In this document: piece by piece, positions 30,470-38,756 of the stretch
How the letters are laid out: every line of letters starts with the position of its first letter
How positions within the stretch are numbered: position 1 is the first letter of the stretch
Sequence record: SRR22947725_189
Direction: 5' to 3' (one strand)
DNA length: 49,711 nt
Position numbers and translations under genes: made by a program
Notes under the pieces: model-generated
Databases searched by the model: none
The model's input: only the letters and a program-made list of their open reading frames with translations
What the model was told of the DNA's origin: nothing

Positions 30470-31501
30470 ATGTATAAACACTTACAACGCTGGACGCGTA
30501 TTTCATTGTTTCTAATCTATCTTGTCATTGCAGCAGGTGCAACCGTACGCATGACAGGAAGCGGTATGGGGTGTCCAGATTGGCCTAAATGCTTTGGCTA
30601 CTACATTCCACCAACACATGCCGAACAACTTGCATGGAAGCCAGAAACCAAATACAAAAAAGGAAATGTAATTATTGATAGTGGAGGACTGTTAGTTGCA
30701 AAACAAGGGTTTACTTCTTCAGAAAAATTGAATCCATCATTTTGGGAGCCTTACACCAAACATGATTACGCCCTTTTTGATGCAACACATACATGGATTG
30801 AATTTGTGAACCGCCTCTTGGGTGCACTTTCCGGCTTAGCCATCCTTATTCTCTTTGGTTATAGCATTAAGTGGATTCGAAAAAAACCGATTATTTTTAT
30901 TTTTGCGTTACTCTCATTGCTAGGGATTATTTTTCAAGCGTGGTTAGGGAAAACTGTAGTTGACTCCAACTTACTCCCCTTAAAAATTTCATTGCATATG
31001 CTGATGGCCTTATTATTGGTTGGGTTTCTATTAGTTGTTCGAGTTGCATCAAAATCATTTGGTTTAACCAAATTGCCGTCAAGAAATTTTAGGACATTAC
31101 TTTTCGCCTCATTTATTCTAACGCTTATTCAAATTGGTTTAGGAATTCAAGTTCGACAGTTTATTGATACACAAATCGATCGTTGGGGATACGAATTGCC
31201 ACAATTTTGGCTAGCTACACCAGAAGTTGGGTTTTATACCCATAGAAGCTTATCAATACTTGTAGTTGTGTTGAATGTCATTGTTTTGTTACGGGTTTTA
31301 TATGAAAAAATAGAACGAGTTTTTATTTACAGAATTCTGGGGCTCGTTGGGCTGGAAATAATGCTTGGAATTGCTATGTATTATTTTGATTTTCCATTTG
31401 CCACACAACCGCTTCACTTGTTAGCTGCTACCATTCTTTTTGGAGTGCAACTTTATTGGATTTTACGCATATATTTACATCGATATGATTTATCACTTTA
31501 G
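30470..31501 (+). CDS. ctaA: Heme A synthase (COX15/CtaA)
   Basis: GATVRMTGSGMGCPDWPKC, WIEFVNR, QAWLG, SLHM, THR, PLH; about 8 TM segments. Confidence 0.88.
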   Translation: MYKHLQRWTRISLFLIYLVIAAGATVRMTGSGMGCPDWPKCFGYYIPPTHAEQLAWKPETKYKKGNVIIDSGGLLVAKQGFTSSEKLNPSFWEPYTKHDYALFDATHTWIEFVNRLLGALSGLAILILFGYSIKWIRKKPIIFIFALLSLLGIIFQAWLGKTVVDSNLLPLKISLHMLMALLLVGFLLVVRVASKSFGLTKLPSRNFRTLLFASFILTLIQIGLGIQVRQFIDTQIDRWGYELPQFWLATPEVGFYTHRSLSILVVVLNVIVLLRVLYEKIERVFIYRILGLVGLEIMLGIAMYYFDFPFATQPLHLLAATILFGVQLYWILRIYLHRYDLSL

Positions 31502-31985
31502 AATAATTTTAGATACCAAGGAGGATGTTTTTCGTGACATTGCCATTGAGGAAAATGCTACTTTTGAAGACTTCCACAATGCCATTACCCAAGCCTTTGG
31601 CTTTAGTGGCTCAGAAATGGCTGTTTTCTATGAAAGTGATGATGAATGGCAGCAAGGAGATTCTATTTCACTATTCGATATGGGAGAGGAAGAAACTCGT
31701 CGCATGAACAGTACGCTTTTAGATAGTCTATTCCCTAGTCTTAAAAAGATGCTTTATGTGTATGATTTTCTCAATCTTTGGACTTTTTTCATAGAGCTTA
31801 TTGAAACTGATGAGGCAAAACCAGGAGCTGCCTATCCCATGCTAATATACACCCATGGTGAGGTGCCAGAAGAAGCTCCAGAAAAAACCTTTACTTCTGA
31901 AAAAGAGGAGGATGAGTGGGAAGAAAACGGCTATGACCAAAACGGATTAGACTCGTTTGAAGACCCCTATGAAGATTGGAATTAA
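31485..31985 (+). CDS. Plasmid pRiA4b ORF3-like protein with acidic C-terminal tail
   Basis: YHFRI...FRDIAI...TFEDFHNAITQAFGF...YVYDFLNLWTFFIEL pattern. Start trimmed to ATG 31485. Confidence 0.7.
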   Translation: MIYHFRIILDTKEDVFRDIAIEENATFEDFHNAITQAFGFSGSEMAVFYESDDEWQQGDSISLFDMGEEETRRMNSTLLDSLFPSLKKMLYVYDFLNLWTFFIELIETDEAKPGAAYPMLIYTHGEVPEEAPEKTFTSEKEEDEWEENGYDQNGLDSFEDPYEDWN

Positions 31986-33046
31986 CGGTTAACTCGAAGC
32001 ATTTCATGGTTCTCATAATTACGTTTGACAAAATGAATTGATGCGCGCATCAATTCCCCCATCGAACGGCTTTTCAAAAAAGAAGACTGCTTGGTTAATT
32101 CATAAACCTCTTCGCTAAGGTGCTTGATTTTTTCAGGACTAGAAATATGATCATTTAACATACACTTTAGTAAATGTGTAAGTCGTGTTTCGTTTCCCAA
32201 AATCCTTCTCGCTATGGTTGCACGCTCCTCGATTTTATATTGGTCTAAAGATTCTTTAGTCAAATGGTCTCTTACCAAAGAAACCATGGGGAAATTTTCT
32301 TTAAAAAATTGTGGACGATACACATTTAATCGGCCTTCATAGCACTGTTGGTCAAAGTCAATTGCACGAATTTTATAAATCACTTTATCAAAATCATGAA
32401 TTGGAATAATCACGTAATTATAGGAACGCATATCGCCCAAAAGACGAATCATACAGCGTTCGTTAAACTTCACAAAAGATTTAGCAATTTGATTACGCTC
32501 AATTTTAGTACACTTTGGTAAAAGTTCTTTTATAAACTCATCTCCAGGAATACCGGCTATATGTTCTTCAATTATGGTGTTTTTATGCACGAAGAAATTA
32601 AGGTTATTTGGAGAAAGCATATGTTCCAGCTCTAAGCCATATACTCTAGAGGCATCTGCCTTTTTTATATAAAAATATACCGCATTATCATTAAGTATAT
32701 TCCTGATTTTAACACGAAAAGGTTTTGAATTACCAAACGTACAATAATCAATATGGTCAACATTAAGGTACGGGATGGTCATTGCACTACCATCAGAGTG
32801 AAGTGAAGCATACACTTGTTTGAGCTGTGCATCAATTTCTTTACGGTCACTATCCGAATAAAAAACACGAACCCACAAGCTGTCCTGATCATGTTTATTC
32901 ATTACGGCTACAGAACCCGAAAAACGAAGCAAATCATCATAAAATATCGGGATTTCTATCAGCCGAGAATATGCTTCCAAATAATCCGATAAAAAGGGAT
33001 TGATGGGATAACTAGGTTTTTTTTTCGAAATTAGCTTATCATTCAC
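31982..33046 (-). CDS. Hypothetical protein with protein-kinase-like catalytic motifs
   Basis: Long ORF with its own -7 promoter. Motifs FGNSKPF, YIKK, LELE, GDMRSYN, IDFD. The kinase function is inferred. Confidence 0.75.
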   Translation of the reverse strand: MNDKLISKKKPSYPINPFLSDYLEAYSRLIEIPIFYDDLLRFSGSVAVMNKHDQDSLWVRVFYSDSDRKEIDAQLKQVYASLHSDGSAMTIPYLNVDHIDYCTFGNSKPFRVKIRNILNDNAVYFYIKKADASRVYGLELEHMLSPNNLNFFVHKNTIIEEHIAGIPGDEFIKELLPKCTKIERNQIAKSFVKFNERCMIRLLGDMRSYNYVIIPIHDFDKVIYKIRAIDFDQQCYEGRLNVYRPQFFKENFPMVSLVRDHLTKESLDQYKIEERATIARRILGNETRLTHLLKCMLNDHISSPEKIKHLSEEVYELTKQSSFLKSRSMGELMRASIHFVKRNYENHEMLRVNR

Positions 33047-33051
33047 AAAGC

Positions 33052-33059
33052 CAAAGTTA
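33052..33059 (-). promoter_or_regulatory. -7 element (TAACTTTG) for the kinase-like gene
   Basis: Exact match, 5 nt upstream of GTG 33046. Confidence 0.65.
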
Positions 33060-33067
33060 GGACTTTG

Positions 33068-33093
33068 TGTAACAAAAACGAACCCCTAGCGTT
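33068..33093 (+). promoter_or_regulatory. Putative ECF sigma promoter (TGTAAC-N16-CGTT) for the ABC transporter
   Basis: TGTAAC at 33068-33073, 16-nt spacer, CGTT at 33090-33093. No plus-strand TAnnTTTG in the gap. Confidence 0.5.
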
Positions 33094-33102
33094 AATAGAA
33101 AC

Positions 33103-34005
33103 ATGAGCACCATCTTAACCGTAAATGAACTAACAAAAAAATTTGGCCGACTTACAGCCGTTAATCGCCTTAGTTTCTCCGTAAAAAAAGGATTAGTATA
33201 CGGTCTACTAGGGCCCAATGGAAGCGGAAAGTCAACAACTTTAGGGATGATCTTAAACGTAGTAAATCCTACATCAGGAAGCTTTTCCTGGTTTGACGTA
33301 GCCCAAAGCACGCATCAAGCGCTCAAACATGTAGGTGCCATTATCGAGAGACCAAATTTCTATCCTTACATGACCGCAGCACAAAACTTGCGTCTTGTAT
33401 GTAGAATTAAAGAAGTTACTTTCGATAAAATTGATGAAAAACTAACCTTGGTTGGACTTTACGAACGTAAAGATGACAAGTTTAAAACCTATTCTTTAGG
33501 AATGAAACAGCGTTTGGCAATTGCCTCTGCATTACTAAACGATCCTGAAATTCTAATTCTTGACGAACCAACCAATGGGTTAGATCCACAAGGAATTGCA
33601 CAAGTTCGCGACATCATTTTTAAAATCGCAGCTCAAGGAACCACCATTCTATTAGCCTCCCACCTACTGGATGAGGTAGAAAAAATCTGCTCACATGTAT
33701 TGGTTTTGCAAGAGGGAAAACAATTATATTTTGGTCCTGTTTCTGCATTAACCACCGATCACGGTTATTTTGAATTATCCGCAACGAACAATACTATGTT
33801 GGTCGCCACCCTAAAAGAAGATCCCGCAATTGAAACAATTGAAGAAAACGGGACAAATGTACTTGCTTACCCAAATAGAGACCTTAAACCTGAAGAATTA
33901 AGTACGGCTTTATCGGAGAAGGGAATTGTGTTAACGCATTTAGCGCAAAAACACAAAAGCCTTGAAGAACAATTCTTAAGCTTAACCCAAAATAAAAAGG
34001 CATGA
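33103..34005 (+). CDS. ABC transporter ATP-binding protein (BcrA/multidrug-like)
   Basis: GPNGSGKST, YSLGMKQRL, ILDEPTNGLD, SH. Confidence 0.95.
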   Translation: MSTILTVNELTKKFGRLTAVNRLSFSVKKGLVYGLLGPNGSGKSTTLGMILNVVNPTSGSFSWFDVAQSTHQALKHVGAIIERPNFYPYMTAAQNLRLVCRIKEVTFDKIDEKLTLVGLYERKDDKFKTYSLGMKQRLAIASALLNDPEILILDEPTNGLDPQGIAQVRDIIFKIAAQGTTILLASHLLDEVEKICSHVLVLQEGKQLYFGPVSALTTDHGYFELSATNNTMLVATLKEDPAIETIEENGTNVLAYPNRDLKPEELSTALSEKGIVLTHLAQKHKSLEEQFLSLTQNKKA

Positions 34006-34835
34006 AACGATTGTTTTTAATTGAATTTGAAAAACTACGAACCAATCGGTCAAGTCGAATATTGATTGGTGCATATTTTTTTCTTTTGACTTCCATTGCA
34101 CTTATTGCAGCGATAAATTTTGATATTGGACCGATTGAATTTCACTTGGCAGATCAAGGCATTTTTAATTTCCCGTATATCTGGCATTTTAATGCATTTA
34201 TAGGGGCGCTATTCAAAATATTTTTAGCAGTTGTAATTGTATCTATGACAGCAAATGAATACAGCAACAAAACTATTAAACAGAACCTTATTGATGGGCT
34301 AAGTAAACGGGAGTTTTTACATTCAAAATGGATATTGATTTTGGTGCTTTCTGGGATTTCAAGCTTATTTATTTTTAGCGTTTCATTAATATTAGGGAGT
34401 ATTTACTCTGATTATAACGAGCTTTCCATCATTTTTAAAGACTTGGAATTTTTGGTGGCATACTTCATCAAACTCACTGCCTTTTTTGGATTTTGCCTGT
34501 TTTTGGGAACCGCTATAAAACGTTCGGCTTTTGCCTTAGGGTTTTTAGGGATTTGGCAAATGTTTGAAGGAATCTGCTTCGGCATGCTAAAATGGAAGTC
34601 TCCTTCATGGATTGATGCGGAAGCTATATTTCGTCTTTTCCCACTAAATGCAATGAGCAATCTTATACCAGAGCCTTTTTCTCGACTTTCTGCAGTCCGT
34701 AACCTTGCCAATCAAATTGGAGAAGACATTGTTGGGAGTGTACAAGTTGAATGGCTTGACGTTGGTATTGTCCTTATCTGGTGCGTTATTTTTTATTCTT
34801 TAACCTATCGACTATTAAAACGCCGTGACCTCTAA
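34002..34835 (+). CDS. ABC-2 type transporter permease
   Basis: About 6 TM segments, NEYSNKTIKQNLIDGLS motif, RRDL C-terminus; translationally coupled to the ATPase. Confidence 0.88.
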   Translation: MKRLFLIEFEKLRTNRSSRILIGAYFFLLTSIALIAAINFDIGPIEFHLADQGIFNFPYIWHFNAFIGALFKIFLAVVIVSMTANEYSNKTIKQNLIDGLSKREFLHSKWILILVLSGISSLFIFSVSLILGSIYSDYNELSIIFKDLEFLVAYFIKLTAFFGFCLFLGTAIKRSAFALGFLGIWQMFEGICFGMLKWKSPSWIDAEAIFRLFPLNAMSNLIPEPFSRLSAVRNLANQIGEDIVGSVQVEWLDVGIVLIWCVIFYSLTYRLLKRRDL

Positions 34836-34843
34836 GTTTTTGC

Positions 34844-34851
34844 TATTTTTG
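34844..34851 (+). promoter_or_regulatory. -7 element (TATTTTTG) for uvrB
   Basis: Exact match, 7 nt upstream of ATG 34859. Confidence 0.6.
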
Positions 34852-34858
34852 GCATGCT

Positions 34859-36847
34859 ATGGAGTTTCAACTTGTTTCTGATTTTAAACCTACAGGAGAT
34901 CAACCTGAGGCAATCCGTCAATTGACCCAAGGACTCGCAGAACAGGGTAAATTTCAAACCCTCTTAGGAGTTACTGGTTCTGGGAAGACCTTTACGGTTG
35001 CCAATGTTATTGCAGAAAGCAGGCGCCCCACCTTAGTCCTAGCACACAATAAAACACTCGCTGCACAACTCTATGCCGAATTCAAACAGTTTTTCCCGAA
35101 CAATGCCGTAGAGTATTTTGTTTCATACTACGATTATTATCAGCCTGAAGCATACATCCCTACATCAGGAACCTATATTGAAAAAGACTTATCTATAAAT
35201 GATGAAATTGAGAAGTTACGGTTAAGTACCACCTCTGCCCTGCTTTCCGGACGTAGAGATGTTATTGTGGTTGCCTCTGTTTCCTGTCTTTATGGTATTG
35301 GAAATCCCGTTGAGTTTAAAAAAAATGTGATCCACATTGAGGTAGATCAAATCATACCGCGTACAAAATTTTTACACCAACTAGTACAGAGTTTATATGC
35401 GAGAACAACGGCTGATTTTATTCATGGTAATTTTCGTGTAAACGGCGATATCGTTGACGTATTTCCAAGTTATGCGGACCATGCATTTAAAATCCATTTT
35501 TTTGGAGACGAGATTGAGGCGATAGAAGTATTTGACCCAATGACAGGAACAGTGAAGGAAACTTTTGAGCAACTGACTATTTACCCCGCCAATATGTTTG
35601 CAACCTCCCCTGAAGTACTGCAAAACGCAATTCATCAAATCCAAGATGATCTTACTGCTCAAATCGAATACTTTAAGGAAATTGGAAAGCACCTTGAAGC
35701 AAAACGACTTGAGGAACGCACAAATTTTGATCTGGAAATGATTCGAGAACTGGGCTATTGCTCAGGCATTGAAAACTACTCCCGTTACATTGATGGGCGA
35801 GAACCAGGAACACGTCCGTTTTGTTTACTAGACTATTTTCCTGAAGATTTTTTGATGGTAGTTGACGAAAGCCATGTCACCTTATCACAAGTCCATGCCA
35901 TGTATGGAGGGGATCGAAGCAGAAAGGAAAATTTAGTTGAATACGGGTTTAGATTACCCGCTGCAATGGACAACAGACCTTTAAAATATGAAGAGTTTGA
36001 ACAACTTCAACAACAAGTAATATATGTCAGCGCCACACCCTCTGACTATGAATTAGAAAAAACAGAAGGTGTATTTGTAGAACAGCTTATACGACCAACT
36101 GGTTTATTGGACCCAATTATTGAAGTACGTCCCAGCCTAAACCAAATTGATGATTTGGTTGAAGAAATACACCTAAGAGCTGAAAAAGACGAACGTGTTC
36201 TTGTAACAACGCTCACCAAGCGCATGGCAGAGGAGCTAACAAAATACCTTTCCCGCATTGCAATTCGGTGTCGTTACATCCATAGTGATATTGATACATT
36301 AGAACGTGTTGAAATCATGCATGATTTAAGAAAAGGGCTCTTTGACGTGTTGATAGGAGTTAATTTACTTCGCGAAGGATTGGATCTACCAGAAGTATCG
36401 TTAGTGGCCATTTTAGATGCCGATAAAGAAGGCTTTTTACGCTCTGCACGTTCGCTAACACAAACTGTGGGAAGGGCAGCAAGAAACTTAAACGGTAAGG
36501 CAATTATGTATGCGGACAACATTACGAAAAGCATGAAAAAGACCATGGATGAAACGGTCTACCGTCGTGCAAAACAAACGGCATACAATGAGCTTCACAA
36601 CATTACACCACAAGCGCTGAACAAAGCTTTGGATGAAACCTTTGAACGCACCAATGCGGTAAAAGATCCAACTTTAAAATTCACCACGGAAAATATTGAT
36701 TATTTATCCAAGGATGACTTACAAGCTCGGATACGGAAGACTCGTAAAGACATGGAAAGAGCCGCTATGGATATGGATTTTATCCAAGCGGCTCATTTTA
36801 GAGATGAAATTGAGCGCATCCAAAATCAACTAAAGACCTTGGCGTAG
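34859..36847 (+). CDS. uvrB: Excinuclease ABC subunit B
   Basis: GVTGSGKT, YYDYYQPEAY, DESH, SAT, GRAAR, C-terminal UVR domain. Confidence 0.98.
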   Translation: MEFQLVSDFKPTGDQPEAIRQLTQGLAEQGKFQTLLGVTGSGKTFTVANVIAESRRPTLVLAHNKTLAAQLYAEFKQFFPNNAVEYFVSYYDYYQPEAYIPTSGTYIEKDLSINDEIEKLRLSTTSALLSGRRDVIVVASVSCLYGIGNPVEFKKNVIHIEVDQIIPRTKFLHQLVQSLYARTTADFIHGNFRVNGDIVDVFPSYADHAFKIHFFGDEIEAIEVFDPMTGTVKETFEQLTIYPANMFATSPEVLQNAIHQIQDDLTAQIEYFKEIGKHLEAKRLEERTNFDLEMIRELGYCSGIENYSRYIDGREPGTRPFCLLDYFPEDFLMVVDESHVTLSQVHAMYGGDRSRKENLVEYGFRLPAAMDNRPLKYEEFEQLQQQVIYVSATPSDYELEKTEGVFVEQLIRPTGLLDPIIEVRPSLNQIDDLVEEIHLRAEKDERVLVTTLTKRMAEELTKYLSRIAIRCRYIHSDIDTLERVEIMHDLRKGLFDVLIGVNLLREGLDLPEVSLVAILDADKEGFLRSARSLTQTVGRAARNLNGKAIMYADNITKSMKKTMDETVYRRAKQTAYNELHNITPQALNKALDETFERTNAVKDPTLKFTTENIDYLSKDDLQARIRKTRKDMERAAMDMDFIQAAHFRDEIERIQNQLKTLA

Positions 36848-36858
36848 TGCTTTGCTGC

Positions 36859-37287
36859 TTACTTAATTTCAATCAACTTTTTTGGTTCTGGAATTGCTTC
36901 CTCTAATTTTGGCAGCGTAATATTCAAAATACCATTGTCGTATTTAGCAACAATTTTATTGCTATCTATTGTGTCTGGAAGACGGAAACTACGCTGGAAG
37001 TTATCGTAACGAAACTCGCGACGTGTGTACTGCTCTGTTCTTGTAGTATCTTCTTGTTTAGACTCACTAGAGACAGTAAGCACATGGTCGTTGAGCTCTA
37101 CATTAAAGTCCTTACGGGTTTTACCAGGTGCTGCAAGAGCAAGCTCAAAAGCAGTATCCGACTCAGCGATATTCACAGAAGGCACATTGGCACGTTGCGA
37201 AGTAGCGGAAAGTGGAAATTCTGATCCAAAAAATTCATCTAATAAAGATGGGAATAAGGGGTTTGATGTTCTACGTATTAAATTCAT
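36859..37287 (-). CDS. Small heat-shock protein (Hsp20/alpha-crystallin)
   Basis: PSVNI, LAAPG, RREF..FQRSFRLP, AKYDNGIL, C-terminal IEI. Confidence 0.95.
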   Translation of the reverse strand: MNLIRRTSNPLFPSLLDEFFGSEFPLSATSQRANVPSVNIAESDTAFELALAAPGKTRKDFNVELNDHVLTVSSESKQEDTTRTEQYTRREFRYDNFQRSFRLPDTIDSNKIVAKYDNGILNITLPKLEEAIPEPKKLIEIK

Positions 37288-37323
37288 GATGTTAGGTTTT
37301 AAATGTTATACACCTAACCCATG

Positions 37324-37337
37324 GCAAATCGTATACC
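37324..37337 (-). promoter_or_regulatory. Putative sigma54 (-24/-12) promoter for hsp20
   Basis: Minus strand reads GG-TATACGATTT-GC, i.e. GG-N10-GC with TTGC. No TAnnTTTG in this gap. Confidence 0.55.
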
Positions 37338-37350
37338 GAATGCATATTAC

Positions 37351-37395
37351 TGTCATTATGTCGCTTTATCCACTATAACGACTGACAATATGTCA
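37351..37395. promoter_or_regulatory. Paired TGACA-N3-TGTCA-type operator sites upstream of hsp20
   Basis: Perfect inverted repeat TGACAataTGTCA at 37383-37395 and a degenerate TGTCAttaTGTCG at 37351-37363, 32 bp apart. Confidence 0.5.
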
Positions 37396-37396
37396 A

Positions 37397-38590
37397 TTAA
37401 GCCAGCACTGCTTGTACCTTATCGGCAGCTTCTTGAAATAAAATAGCACTTTGCACTTCAAGACCAGAGGAGTCAATAAGCTCTTTAGCGATATCTGCAT
37501 TAGTTCCTTGCAGACGAACGATAATAGGAATCTGAATCGCATCACCCATGTTCTTGTAAGCATCGACAATACCTTGAGCCACACGGTCACAGCGCACAAT
37601 TCCACCAAAAATATTGACTAAAATTGCCTTAACAGACGGGTCTTGCAATATAATCCGGAAGGCCGCCTCTACGCGAGCAGCATCAGCAGTTCCGCCAACA
37701 TCCAAGAAATTGGCAGGTTCACCACCTGCTTGTTTTATCAAGTCCATGGTAGCCATGGCTAAACCGGCTCCATTAACCATACACCCAACATTCCCCTCAA
37801 GAGCTACATAGTTAAGACCTACTTCACGAGCTGCTACATCTGTGGGGTTTTCTTCACGAACATCGCGCATAGCTTCAAAATCTGGGTGACGAAATAAGGC
37901 GTTATCATCTAAAGTGACCTTAGCGTCAACAGCAATAATCTTGTCATCTGAAGTCTTTAATACTGGATTAATTTCAAATAAAGCAGCATCTGCACCAACG
38001 TAGGCCTTATACAAGGACGCTACAAACTTTACCATCCCTTTAAAAGCAACTCCAGACAACCCTAAATTAAAAGCGACGTTTCTTGCCTGAAACGGCAACA
38101 AGCCAACAGTTGGATCGATTTCTTCACTAAAAATGAGTTCTGGGGTTTCCTCAGCAACGGTTTCAATATCCATTCCACCTTCAGTAGAATACATAATCAT
38201 GTTTTTACCCGAAACACGATTTAGCAATACTGATATATAAAATTCTTTTGGTTCTGAATCACCAGGGTAGTACACGTCTTCTGCAACGAGAACTTGATGT
38301 ACTTTCTTGCCCTCAGCAGTAGTTTGTGGAGTAACAAGCTGCATCCCGATAATTTCTCCCGAGATACGCTCAACCTCATCTAACGACTTGGCTAACTTTA
38401 CGCCACCACCTTTACCGCGTCCACCTGCATGAACCTGTGCTTTAATCACATGCCAACCCGTGCCGGTTTCTTCAGTTAGTTGCTTGGCAGCAGCTACTGC
38501 CTCGTGCGTTGTTGTAGCAACAACTCCACGCTGGATGCCAACGCCAAATTGTGCTAAAATTTCTTTTCCTTGATATTCGTGTACGTTCAT
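37397..38590 (-). CDS. sucC: Succinyl-CoA synthetase beta subunit
   Basis: HEYQGK, KAQVHAGGRGKGGG, EINP, NGAGLAMATMD, NIFGGIVRC. Confidence 0.97.
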   Translation of the reverse strand: MNVHEYQGKEILAQFGVGIQRGVVATTTHEAVAAAKQLTEETGTGWHVIKAQVHAGGRGKGGGVKLAKSLDEVERISGEIIGMQLVTPQTTAEGKKVHQVLVAEDVYYPGDSEPKEFYISVLLNRVSGKNMIMYSTEGGMDIETVAEETPELIFSEEIDPTVGLLPFQARNVAFNLGLSGVAFKGMVKFVASLYKAYVGADAALFEINPVLKTSDDKIIAVDAKVTLDDNALFRHPDFEAMRDVREENPTDVAAREVGLNYVALEGNVGCMVNGAGLAMATMDLIKQAGGEPANFLDVGGTADAARVEAAFRIILQDPSVKAILVNIFGGIVRCDRVAQGIVDAYKNMGDAIQIPIIVRLQGTNADIAKELIDSSGLEVQSAILFQEAADKVQAVLA

Positions 38591-38608
38591 CAGTCTAGTT
38601 TAACGCTG

Positions 38609-38616
38609 CAAAAATA
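38609..38616 (-). promoter_or_regulatory. -7 element (TATTTTTG) for sucC
   Basis: Exact match, 18 nt upstream of ATG 38590. Confidence 0.6.
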
Positions 38617-38733
38617 AGCAATCAATTGTGCTTTAAAAACCCAATCTAAAAAACTTGTTTGTTGTATTTATAACATTATGTTTTATTTTTAATATATTTC
38701 AACTTCTACCCTGAAAGTGTACAGTGAAAAACC

Positions 38734-38741
38734 TACATTTG
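38734..38741 (+). promoter_or_regulatory. -7 element (TACATTTG) for lysA
   Basis: Exact match lying downstream of the GTG at 38724, which favours ATG 38757 as the true start. Confidence 0.6.
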
Positions 38742-38756
38742 CCCAAATTATTTGCG

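Noticed and set aside
31485..33046. Kinase-like gene plus pRiA4b-like gene as a HipBA toxin-antitoxin pair or mobile element
   Set aside because: The genes are convergent rather than co-transcribed, there is no HTH antitoxin, and no transposase, terminal repeats or target duplication.
37366..37374. TTATCCACT, an 8/9 match to the DnaA box
   Set aside because: Single copy with no cluster or unwinding element; not evidence for an origin.
38724..38756. GTG start of lysA at 38724 (likewise TTG starts for fur at 9557 and guaA at 47922)
   Set aside because: These codons lie upstream of or inside the -7 promoter elements, so the downstream ATGs are preferred.
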